The position numbers and the translations under genes were made by a program. From a virus, in IMG/VR virus record IMGVR_UViG_3300045988_099729, positions 1 to 39,308 of that record: a DNA stretch of 39,308 bases. One strand, 5' to 3'. Below the pieces are notes generated by a model, which was not told where the DNA came from, ran no database searches, and saw only the letters and a program-made list of their open reading frames with translations. This document shows positions 1 to 7,339 of the stretch, in pieces; the stretch's first letter is position 1, and every line of letters begins with the position of its first letter.

Positions 1-63
1 TAATTGCATTTCATCTAAAACCGGTTGCATTCTTCGCAATACATCCATTATTTTCGCTTCCAT
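1..63 (-). CDS. 5' end (21 codons, MEAKIMDVLRRMQPVLDEMQL) of an unidentified gene truncated by the window edge; mirror copy of 39246..39308
   Basis: ATG at 63..61 on the minus strand, preceded by AAGGAG (75..70) with a 6-nt spacer. The frame stays open to the window edge and is identical to the right-end copy. Confidence 0.4.
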   Translation of the reverse strand, partial: MEAKIMDVLRRMQPVLDEMQL

Positions 64-119
64 ACATTGCTCCTTTTTTGCTTTCAGTATATCAACTGGC
101 GTACTGAATTAAGTAGCAA
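1..119. repeat. Left arm of a perfect 119-bp terminal inverted repeat (partner 39190..39308)
   Basis: The reverse complement of 39190..39308 is identical to 1..119. Identity ends at position 120 (a versus t), which is 16 nt into the 19-bp fibre core site. Confidence 0.97.
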
Positions 120-122
120 ATT
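104..122 (+). repeat. Fibre crossover core site sC (ctgaattaagtagcaaatt, 18/19 match to the active-gene core)
   Basis: Direct comparison with 38485..38503. The codon phase is the same, encoding (T)ELSSKL. Confidence 0.85.
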
Positions 123-435
123 AAAAAATGCAGAGACAACAATGAGCAATAATTTAAAAAGTTTACTGTCTGTAAAGCAGGTAACGGTAAAGAGTAATAT
201 AAACGTTGGCGCAGGAAAGGATTTTAATTGTTATTTAAAACCGCCTACAGTAAATGGCTACACACCTATTGGAGTAATCGGATATGATCTAGTTGGAGAT
301 TGGGATGTATGGGTAAATATCGTGTCCTGTTATTATAACAGTAGTAATGGTTTGCTTTACATAAAAGGACACAATTTCGGAACGGGAACATGTATTGCAT
401 TAGCGAATGTATTTGTTCTGTACAAAAAGAACTAA
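104..435 (+). CDS. Silent alternative tail-fibre C-terminal cassette C (about 110 aa, no start or RBS of its own)
   Basis: Begins with the in-frame core (TELSSKLKNAETT...). Upstream sequence is the antisense of the truncated gene at 1..63. The only upstream start in the ORF track is a TTG at 25. Stop at 433..435. Confidence 0.7.
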
Positions 436-436
436 A

Positions 437-828
437 TTATTTCCATTTTCCGATTATAAGCATATTACATTGTGAATAACACATTCCCTTTTTTACCGAA
501 TAAACTGTAAGTTTATATCCAGTTGTGCTTACTTCATTGACTCCTGTCCAGTATAGTTCATTTGTAGTTCCAGGAGATACTATAATCAATGGTGCTTCCT
601 TGAATGTGAATGGAAAATCTACAGCTTTACTAGAAACAAAATATAATCCATACCAATTTGTAGCAACGTCAGTACTCCATGTGTATTTACGCCATACAAC
701 TGCATCCCCATTAGAATATTTTATATAGTTGTATCCGTTCTTTGCTCCTCGCTCTACGATAGAAATCAGTTTATTGTTTATGGTTGCAATACTTTCGTTC
801 GATTTTGCCAAATTGCTATTTAGTTCAG
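437..828 (-). CDS. Silent alternative tail-fibre C-terminal cassette D (about 130 aa, no start of its own)
   Basis: The minus strand reads S-E-L-N-S-N-L-A-K-S-N-E-S... from the core at 828..810. An in-frame TAG (838..836) lies three codons upstream of the core. The ORF-track start at 811 is the TTG inside the core. The stop is 1 nt from the cassette C stop. Confidence 0.7.
810..828 (-). repeat. Fibre crossover core site sD (ctgaactaaatagcaattt on the minus strand, 17/19)
   Basis: Direct comparison with 38485..38503. It is inverted relative to the active-gene core and in the same codon phase. Confidence 0.8.
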
Positions 829-864
829 AATCCCTCTAAAAAGAAGAAAGGGGCAAACAGAAAA

Positions 865-1236
865 ATGAAAATCACATTCAATGATGGTCAGGAACTGCAG
901 ATCCAGCAGGTCACTGAACAGACGGATGGCGCACTTCTGATCAAGACCATTTCAGCATCCGAGGATCAGCTGAAGACTTTATTCTCTGATCGGACAACAA
1001 CTAAGAGAATGTCTGTGAGCGAACGGGATGTAGATACCGTTGTGTATGAAAATTACACGAAGCTTGATGCAATCGTGAAGTACACGGCCGGCATCCTTGG
1101 TGTGCTGATGTACCGGGAAGGAGAAGATCCGGACAGCCGGATAGCAGCTCTGGAGACACGACTTAAAAAAGCGGAGGAGAAAAATGAAATGCTCGAAGGA
1201 TGCATTTTGGAAATGTCTGAAATGGTATATCAGTAA
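865..1236 (+). CDS. Hypothetical tail-fibre-associated protein (123 aa)
   Basis: First ATG of ORF 784..1236. C-terminal coiled-coil-like stretch (RIAALETRLKKAEEKNEML). It occupies the XkdW-like slot between fibre genes. Confidence 0.6.
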   Translation: MKITFNDGQELQIQQVTEQTDGALLIKTISASEDQLKTLFSDRTTTKRMSVSERDVDTVVYENYTKLDAIVKYTAGILGVLMYREGEDPDSRIAALETRLKKAEEKNEMLEGCILEMSEMVYQ

Positions 1237-1300
1237 AACGATAATTGTATTAACCATTTTATTTTTATTCATATTATTACAAATTTCAGGAGGAAAAGAA

Positions 1301-1438
1301 ATGATGGCAATGTTATGGGCGCAGCAGATCATGTTAGGAAAGAAAACTTATTCACAGGTACCGAGACTTTTAAAGGACAAGGTAAAAGAGATCCTGATTG
1401 ATTCCGGAACAGAAGAACTTGTAACAGAGGAGCAGTAG
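1301..1438 (+). CDS. Small XkdX-like protein (45 aa)
   Basis: AGGAGGA at 1288..1294 and ATG at 1301. Its size and position directly before a fibre gene match XkdX-type small proteins of Firmicutes phages. Confidence 0.5.
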   Translation: MMAMLWAQQIMLGKKTYSQVPRLLKDKVKEILIDSGTEELVTEEQ

Positions 1439-1439
1439 T

Positions 1440-4091
1440 ATGGACAATATCGTATCCTGCAAATTAGATTCCAGATACGCATCCACGCTAGGGATATGGC
1501 AGTATGATTACGGTCAGGTGCTCCGGATCACAGGTCCGGAGCTTCCACCGGCAGTGGAAGTGCAGTTTTCGCTGGACGAGAAATTAGGAGAGACATTATC
1601 CAGAGTCGGCACGACGGTAGACGGAGTTACAGAGGTAAAGATTCCGGATGAATTACTGAAACACAGTGCGACAAGTAATTACCGGATCTATGCTTATATC
1701 TATCTGACAGATGAGACTTCAGGAAACACCAAATATGAAATTACAATCCCGGTCAGGGTACGTAGTAAGCCAACCTCTCCGGCGGAAGATCCAGAGACGG
1801 ATCCGGATCTCTTTAGGGAGACAGTAGTAGCGGTCAATGCATCTGCTGAACGAGCTGAGAATGCTGCAAGCTCTGCGATGGAAAGTGCAGCATCGGCAGA
1901 TGAGACACTGGCAGAGATCAAACGTGTTGCAGATGGTATTTCGGGAAATATCGAGAACGCCAACACAATGAAGTCTGAGCTCTCTGATATGATCAACAAT
2001 GCAGGGATAGAGAAGAAAGAGCTGGAATCATCAATTGGAAAAGCCGGAGAAGCTAAGATGGCATTAGACAGCTCCATTAGATCCGCTGGAGAGAAGCAGT
2101 TAGCGTTAGACACCACGGTAGAACATGCGAATACAGTAGACGCATCGTTGAAAGAGCATATAGGTAGTGCTGAGCAAATACAGGCAAATGTTGAGCAGAT
2201 TGCGAACAATAAAGAGGATATTGGTTCACTACAGGAAGAGTTAGGTGATATAGAATCAAAATTTGAGATTGAAACCGAAGCTTTTTCTAATAAATGTTCA
2301 ATTATTAGAAATAACACACCTAACAATTTCACAGGAAATCAAATAACGGGCGTAAAACAATATTTTGATTTTGGTGAAAACGCAGCACTAACAAAAATAA
2401 AGATGAATATTAAAGCATCTAATGACGATACTGTCGCTTTAGAAATCGCCACTCTTGATGGCAATATTATAGCAACAGCAGAAAAGGCGGTTACAACAGA
2501 ATATACAGATGTTGTGTTTGATTTAGAGAATATTGTTATTAAAGAACCTGTTTCAGTATTTGTATATACAAAAGGAACCAATTTACTGTCATATGGTTTA
2601 TATGCAACGCCATATGACGATCAATCATTTTCGTATATTTTTCCTGATGGTACAAGGAAATCAGCATTTAAGATTGGTACATCAGAAATACTAAAACCCA
2701 CAGCATCAAATAATAAGCAATGCTTAGTTTTGTTCTTTGATTATACATCTAAGATCATAAAGAATATCTCTGATTCCATTTCACAAAATATTGATACAAC
2801 TTTGTTGAAAAGTGGAAAAGCCGCAGACGCTAAAGTAGTTGGAGATAAATTAAGTAAACTAAAGGAAGATTTATCCAACAAAATCACAAAGTTCTATGCA
2901 TCGAATCAGGGCGAAACTCATCTGGCAGATTCTGACAATGGGAAAATCATGGATATGATGCTGTATGGACGGAGCGAACAGAAGCAGTATCGTGGCATAA
3001 ATTTAATTCCTCCTAACATTAAATATGGAGGCTTTGTAGAAGTTTCGATTCCAAAAGGGACAAAAGTTTTTGCGATTACAGATGGAACAAGTGTTATGGG
3101 TGGTAACTTCCGTTTTTTTAATGCAGATAAAACAGAAAATATGTGGTTCGGAATAGACCAAGGTGTTACTATTGCGACAACTATATTAAAAATTGATGCT
3201 AAATATGTGCAGAATCTTATATCACCCGTTTTCGATTTATCAAAAATATGTTTAGGTATTGGAAATGAACCAATATATGAACCCTATGTTGGAGGTCAGC
3301 CATCCCCATCACCAGATTATCCGCAGGAGATAAAAAGAGTGGTGAATCCTACAGTTAAAGTAACAAATGAAGATGGGTTAAAGGTTCAATCTGTTACACT
3401 TAACAATATCACCCTTAACGCAATATCAGTCTCAAGTGGTGGTAACGTCACAATCGACGGAAAGCAGTATATTGCGGATAGAGTTGTGGAAAAAGACGGT
3501 GTATTTGGCATCGAAAGAAATATTCGAGAAATCCATACGAATACAAAAACTATGAATAACAGCGAGGAGTATCCTGGATGGAAAAAAGTAGAAGGCATAT
3601 CTGATGTTGTATATTACAATGTGGATCCCGTAGGAGACTCCAGAAAACTTACTTTTATATCTAATTTTACAAAGGATAGTTTTTTGCAAAATAATAAAGG
3701 AACAAATAATATCTTGTACTTTATAAAGAATATTATTGGTTATTCACAATCTGAATTGATTGCTAAAGCAATAGATGTAGATATGTATATCAGATTGCAA
3801 GATGCTATATTTGAGCCTCTTCCGGGGGATATACAAGCTAAATTGCGAACCCTTGTCACTAACTACCCAGTAACCAACATCTCCGTCACATCCGACCAGT
3901 TAGACGGATATACAGTATTTAACTATCCAATCTCTCTTGCTGATGGTTGGAACTATGTGAAACAGCAGATTAACGACAACCGTGATTACATCTATAACAT
4001 GGACGCACGTACTCAGGACACCGATTTACAGGTGGCAGAAGCCTATGTGAACAGTGAGTACGCAGTAGCACTTGCAGAATTGGAGGTATGA
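1440..4091 (+). CDS. Large tail fibre / receptor-binding protein with a BppU-N-like N-terminus, coiled-coil shaft and AT-rich distal domains (883 aa)
   Basis: The N-terminus (WQYDYGQVLRITG...YAYIYLTDE...ITIPVRVRSKP) resembles the baseplate-upper-protein Ig-like domain. A long Ala/Glu/Ser-rich heptad region follows. The motif GKAADAKVVGDKL is common in phage fibres. Confidence 0.8.
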   Translation: MDNIVSCKLDSRYASTLGIWQYDYGQVLRITGPELPPAVEVQFSLDEKLGETLSRVGTTVDGVTEVKIPDELLKHSATSNYRIYAYIYLTDETSGNTKYEITIPVRVRSKPTSPAEDPETDPDLFRETVVAVNASAERAENAASSAMESAASADETLAEIKRVADGISGNIENANTMKSELSDMINNAGIEKKELESSIGKAGEAKMALDSSIRSAGEKQLALDTTVEHANTVDASLKEHIGSAEQIQANVEQIANNKEDIGSLQEELGDIESKFEIETEAFSNKCSIIRNNTPNNFTGNQITGVKQYFDFGENAALTKIKMNIKASNDDTVALEIATLDGNIIATAEKAVTTEYTDVVFDLENIVIKEPVSVFVYTKGTNLLSYGLYATPYDDQSFSYIFPDGTRKSAFKIGTSEILKPTASNNKQCLVLFFDYTSKIIKNISDSISQNIDTTLLKSGKAADAKVVGDKLSKLKEDLSNKITKFYASNQGETHLADSDNGKIMDMMLYGRSEQKQYRGINLIPPNIKYGGFVEVSIPKGTKVFAITDGTSVMGGNFRFFNADKTENMWFGIDQGVTIATTILKIDAKYVQNLISPVFDLSKICLGIGNEPIYEPYVGGQPSPSPDYPQEIKRVVNPTVKVTNEDGLKVQSVTLNNITLNAISVSSGGNVTIDGKQYIADRVVEKDGVFGIERNIREIHTNTKTMNNSEEYPGWKKVEGISDVVYYNVDPVGDSRKLTFISNFTKDSFLQNNKGTNNILYFIKNIIGYSQSELIAKAIDVDMYIRLQDAIFEPLPGDIQAKLRTLVTNYPVTNISVTSDQLDGYTVFNYPISLADGWNYVKQQINDNRDYIYNMDARTQDTDLQVAEAYVNSEYAVALAELEV

Positions 4092-4093
4092 TT

Positions 4094-4258
4094 ATGTTAT
4101 ACAAGACACTGAAAAAATTAAAGGAAAGAAACGGTCTGACAGAAGATCTGAAGAACAAGATTGACATTTTCTTCGCCACGGGCAGGATTACTGAGGAACA
4201 GTATAATGATCTGATGGATGTTAATAAGGAAGAAGAGCCGAAAGCGGAAAATAATTAA
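4094..4258 (+). CDS. XkdX-family small protein (54 aa); too short for the ORF track
   Basis: ATG at 4094, 2 nt after the fibre stop. MLYKTLKKLKERNGLTEDLKNKIDIFFATGRITEEQYNDLM... matches the typical XkdX pattern (G-x-IT-x-E-x-Y). Confidence 0.6.
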   Translation: MLYKTLKKLKERNGLTEDLKNKIDIFFATGRITEEQYNDLMDVNKEEEPKAENN

Positions 4259-4303
4259 CTAAAGGGGAGCTTTAACAGATTAATCAATTACAGAAGCGAT
4301 CAT

Positions 4304-4501
4304 ATGGAAATACTTGCAAGACTGAGAGGTTTTATTTTGCAGATACAAATAACACCATCCGAAATCCAATCCTACCAAGAATTAACTACTTATGCCGGAA
4401 CAACGATTGTGGAGAGCGATGCAGAATGCTACATGGAAGTCTCTGCCGGTGGTGGAGACACATTAAGAGCCAAGAAGCTGGCACTGCTCCTGGGAGATTA
4501 A
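4304..4501 (+). CDS. Hypothetical 65-aa ORF, possibly a fibre-gene remnant
   Basis: No clear RBS. ITPSEIQSYQELTTYAGTTIVESD resembles LPGDIQAKLRTLVTNYPVTNISVTSD near the C-terminus of the 883-aa fibre. Confidence 0.3.
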   Translation: MEILARLRGFILQIQITPSEIQSYQELTTYAGTTIVESDAECYMEVSAGGGDTLRAKKLALLLGD

Positions 4502-4503
4502 TC

Positions 4504-4532
4504 TTGGAAAACTTCTCCTTCTACTGTATAAT
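4504..4532 (+). promoter_or_regulatory. Sigma-70-like promoter of the moron gene (TTGGAA-17 nt-TATAAT)
   Basis: -35 at 4504..4509 and a perfect -10 at 4527..4532, 25 nt upstream of the RBS/ATG at 4558. Confidence 0.5.
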
Positions 4533-4557
4533 GACAGTGGAAGGAGAGGTTAATAAT

Positions 4558-5280
4558 ATGGATTATAAAGAGATGAAAATACGTCCTATAAATAGCAAAA
4601 AGGATGCTATTATTTTTTTGAATCAAATGATTGTTTTGACAGATAAAAGAATGACTAGATTAAAAAACGCAATTAACGATACTGAAAAACTATTAAGAAA
4701 ATATACTGAAAAAAATAAAATAGAAACTGCTATTTATCAATCGTATGCGGAAAGAATAGAATGTTTAACAATGTATTTATGTAATATATTTGCAGATGAA
4801 ACTAAAAATGCAGTATCGTATAGGCAGTTTAGAAAAGTAATTGATAAAAAGTATGAAAAAGGAAATGACGAGTTTAAGCTTGAACCGTTAGAAAAAGACA
4901 TACTTAAATCATTAGATCAAATGAGAGAACAAAGGAATTGGGGGCATCACATTCCGCAATCGCTTTTAGCAAGCCAAGAAAATTTTATGGTTAATGAGCA
5001 AAATGTGAGCCAAGAACTATTTGATGGATTGTTTTCAGATTATGAAGTATACGTTTCTATATGGGAGTATCATGATATTGAATGGCTTGTTGATTTATAC
5101 GTTTCGTCCCAAAGTGCATATAATGATTACAGAAAAATCTTTCAACAAATGAAAAAAGATTATTCGTATTTGATAGGAAAACATATGAGAGTTAGTCGAA
5201 TAAAAGAGCCTAATCCAAGACCTTTTCGGTTTACGCAAATTTCAAAGGACTCTTTAAAAGCTAATTCGAAAAGAAGATAA
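4558..5280 (+). CDS. AT-rich moron protein (240 aa) with a HEPN-like R-N-x-x-x-H motif; candidate abortive-infection/defence RNase
   Basis: GGAAGGAGAGG RBS and ATG at 4558. Motif LDQMREQRNWGHH (RNWGHH at 4933..4950). Composition is visibly more AT-rich than neighbouring genes. It has its own promoter and terminator. Confidence 0.75.
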   Translation: MDYKEMKIRPINSKKDAIIFLNQMIVLTDKRMTRLKNAINDTEKLLRKYTEKNKIETAIYQSYAERIECLTMYLCNIFADETKNAVSYRQFRKVIDKKYEKGNDEFKLEPLEKDILKSLDQMREQRNWGHHIPQSLLASQENFMVNEQNVSQELFDGLFSDYEVYVSIWEYHDIEWLVDLYVSSQSAYNDYRKIFQQMKKDYSYLIGKHMRVSRIKEPNPRPFRFTQISKDSLKANSKRR

Positions 5281-5306
5281 TATAATAACTTGAAAGGTAG
5301 GAATTT

Positions 5307-5332
5307 AGAGAGGTTAACGCCTCTCTTTTTTC
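5307..5332 (+). terminator. Rho-independent terminator after the moron gene
   Basis: agagagg / cctctct 7-bp stem, 6-nt loop, then a T-run (5326..5331). Confidence 0.75.
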
Positions 5333-5418
5333 TATGCAAAGAGGTAAATATATGGAAATTAGAGCAAGACCGGAAAGGTCTTATTTTTTTACAAGAAAAT
5401 AGGAAAGAGAGACAAAAA

Positions 5419-5721
5419 ATGAAAGATTTAGTCTTACAAACTTATACCATTGCACTTCCGGTATTACTGGGGTATATTGTGTGGCTTCTTAAAAATCAGA
5501 AAAGAGATAGAGATGCAAATAGCAAAGGCACCATGCTCTTGCTTAGAGTGCAGTTGATTGAATACCACGGCAAGTACACGCAGCTTGGAAATATCCCGTC
5601 TTATGCATACCAGAACTTCTGTGAAATGTATGAGGCATATCATGAACTTGGCGGAAATGGAATGGTGACGAAAATGAAACAGGAAATTGATGAATTACAT
5701 CTGAAGCAAAAAGGAGAGTAA
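5419..5721 (+). CDS. Small membrane protein of the lysis cassette (100 aa, one N-terminal TM helix)
   Basis: ATG at 5419 downstream of AGGAAAGAGAG. Hydrophobic stretch TIALPVLLGYIVWLL. Its stop overlaps the holin start (TAATG). Confidence 0.6.
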   Translation: MKDLVLQTYTIALPVLLGYIVWLLKNQKRDRDANSKGTMLLLRVQLIEYHGKYTQLGNIPSYAYQNFCEMYEAYHELGGNGMVTKMKQEIDELHLKQKGE

Positions 5722-6047
5722 TGATTATGAATACAGAAATGTTGATGCAGTATATTACATATGCACTTGCCGGAGTTGGAATCCTGGCATTCTTCGTGAG
5801 CGTAGTTGTGCAGGTGATAAAGGAAATGCCGATACTGAAAAAGATCCAGACCAATGTGGTGGCACTTGCAGTGTCACTGATCCTGACACCAGTGGCGGTG
5901 GTGGTCTTGTGCATTTATTATGGAATTGTAATTGAATGGTATTATGTATTTGCCTCATTTCTGGAAGCATTTATTGTGTATCTGGTAAGCACCGGAGGCT
6001 GGGAACGGATCACAGAAATCTGGAACAGAAGTAAATACAAGGAATAA
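5721..6047 (+). CDS. Holin (108 aa, multiple TM segments)
   Basis: AAAGGAGAG RBS. Hydrophobic segments [41 protein letters not shown] and [14 protein letters not shown], with a charged C-terminus. It lies immediately upstream of the endolysin. Confidence 0.75.
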   Translation: MIMNTEMLMQYITYALAGVGILAFFVSVVVQVIKEMPILKKIQTNVVALAVSLILTPVAVVVLCIYYGIVIEWYYVFASFLEAFIVYLVSTGGWERITEIWNRSKYKE

Positions 6048-6049
6048 TG

Positions 6050-6072
6050 GGGCGAATAGTCGCCCTCTTTTT
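6050..6072 (+). terminator. GC-rich hairpin plus T-run between holin and endolysin (possible attenuator)
   Basis: gggcga/tcgccc 6-bp stem, 4-nt loop, then tcttttt. The endolysin RBS follows directly. Confidence 0.45.
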
Positions 6073-6087
6073 GAAAGGAGAAACATT

Positions 6088-7278
6088 ATGGCAATGAATG
6101 GAATTGATATTGCAAGTTATCAGGCAGGAATTGACCTCAGTGTGGTCCCGTGCGATTTTGTGATCGTAAAGGCAACAGAGGGAACAGGCTACGTGAACCC
6201 AGATTTCACAAGAGCTTACGCACAGGCTAAGAACGCCGGAAAGTGTCTCGGTATCTACCATTATGCGAATGGTGGAGATTACCAGAAAGAAGCAGATTAC
6301 TTCCTTGATAGAATCGGAAACCGTATAGGTGAAGCAATTCTCTGTCTTGACTGGGAGGGGAAGAGCAACCCGGCATTCGGTAGCTCGGATTTTGCATGGT
6401 GCAAGAGCTGGCTTGACTATGTATACCAGAAAACAGGCGTAAGACCTCTTTTGTATTGTTCGCAGTCTGTAGCCTATAAATTCAACAATATCGGAAACTA
6501 TGGACTCTGGATTGCACAGTACGCAGACATGAACGCCACAGGCTATCAGGATAAGCCGTGGAATGAGGGAGCTTATACTTGTGTTATCCGGCAGTATAGC
6601 TCTTGTGGTAGATTGAATGGATGGGGCGGTAATCTCGATCTGGATAAATTCTACGGCGACAAGGACGCATGGAACAAGTATGCCGGAAAAGGAAACACAA
6701 CCAAACCGGCAGAAACACCGAAACCGACAGTGAATACTCCGGGCGGATCCACGCTCGATCTGGTTGTTGGAGTCATGCAGGGCAAGTACGGTGATGGTGA
6801 CAACCGCAAGAACGCCCTCGGAACACGGTATACGGAAGTGCAGAGCTTCATCGACCATATCTATTCTGCATCCGTAGATACACTGGTGAACGAAGTGAAA
6901 GCTGGTAAATATGGTAACGGTGACACAAGAAAGGTTGTTCTCGGTAGTCGTTACACAGAAGTCCAGAACAAGATCAACGCTGCGTCTGCCAGAAAATCAA
7001 ATGAGCAGATCGCACAGGAAGTTCTTGCCGGTAAATGGGGCAACGGAAACGACAGAAAGAATCGTCTTTCAGCTGCCGGATATGACTACAATACAATTCA
7101 GAATATTGTGAATGGTAAATCCGGTGCTTTATCCGCACAGTATTACACTGTCCAGTCTGGTGATACGCTTTCCGGTATTGCAGCTAAATACGGCACGTCC
7201 TACCAGAAGGTTGCGCAGCTGAATGGAATCAGCAATCCGAATGTGATCTATGTTGGTCAGAGACTGCGGGTAAAATAA
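6088..7278 (+). CDS. Endolysin: GH25 muramidase, three CW_7 (Cpl-7-type) repeats and a C-terminal LysM
   Basis: The N-terminus ([13 protein letters not shown]...[11 protein letters not shown]) is typical of GH25. Three repeats: [42 protein letters not shown] and [20 protein letters not shown]. The C-terminus ([17 protein letters not shown]...LNGI) is LysM. Confidence 0.9.
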   Translation: MAMNGIDIASYQAGIDLSVVPCDFVIVKATEGTGYVNPDFTRAYAQAKNAGKCLGIYHYANGGDYQKEADYFLDRIGNRIGEAILCLDWEGKSNPAFGSSDFAWCKSWLDYVYQKTGVRPLLYCSQSVAYKFNNIGNYGLWIAQYADMNATGYQDKPWNEGAYTCVIRQYSSCGRLNGWGGNLDLDKFYGDKDAWNKYAGKGNTTKPAETPKPTVNTPGGSTLDLVVGVMQGKYGDGDNRKNALGTRYTEVQSFIDHIYSASVDTLVNEVKAGKYGNGDTRKVVLGSRYTEVQNKINAASARKSNEQIAQEVLAGKWGNGNDRKNRLSAAGYDYNTIQNIVNGKSGALSAQYYTVQSGDTLSGIAAKYGTSYQKVAQLNGISNPNVIYVGQRLRVK

Positions 7279-7286
7279 TAAATATT

Positions 7287-7338
7287 GTCTTGTACTAACT
7301 AAACTACCCCAAACGGAGTCAACCAGTTAGTACAAGAC
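7287..7338. repeat. 13-bp perfect inverted repeat separated by 26 nt, between the convergent endolysin and integrase genes; attP candidate or bidirectional terminator
   Basis: gtcttgtactaac (7287..7299) and gttagtacaagac (7326..7338), ending 1 nt from the integrase stop. Confidence 0.5.
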
Positions 7339-7339
7339 G

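Noticed and set aside
25-103. The N-terminal extension MHSSQYIHYFRFHTLLLFCFQYINWR shared by ORFs 25..435 and 38844..39284 in the ORF track.
   Set aside because: It starts at a TTG with no RBS and has an implausible composition. It is simply the antisense of the RBS and first codons of the truncated gene at 1..63 / 39246..39308. The real cassettes begin at the core.
2848-2856. A partial match (aattaagta, 9 nt) to the fibre core inside the 883-aa fibre gene, as a possible fifth site.
   Set aside because: Only 9 of 19 positions match and the flanks differ. It probably reflects a similar (D/E)LS..L coding motif rather than a recombination site.
6010-6858. Long antisense ORFs, such as 6010..6858 (-), 7661..8533 (+), 1700..2332 (-), 22738..23448 (-), 28427..29052 (-) and 35201..35662 (-).
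   Set aside because: They are shadow frames opposite well-supported genes (endolysin, integrase, fibre, terminase small subunit, scaffold, tape measure). They have low-complexity or odd composition and no RBS.
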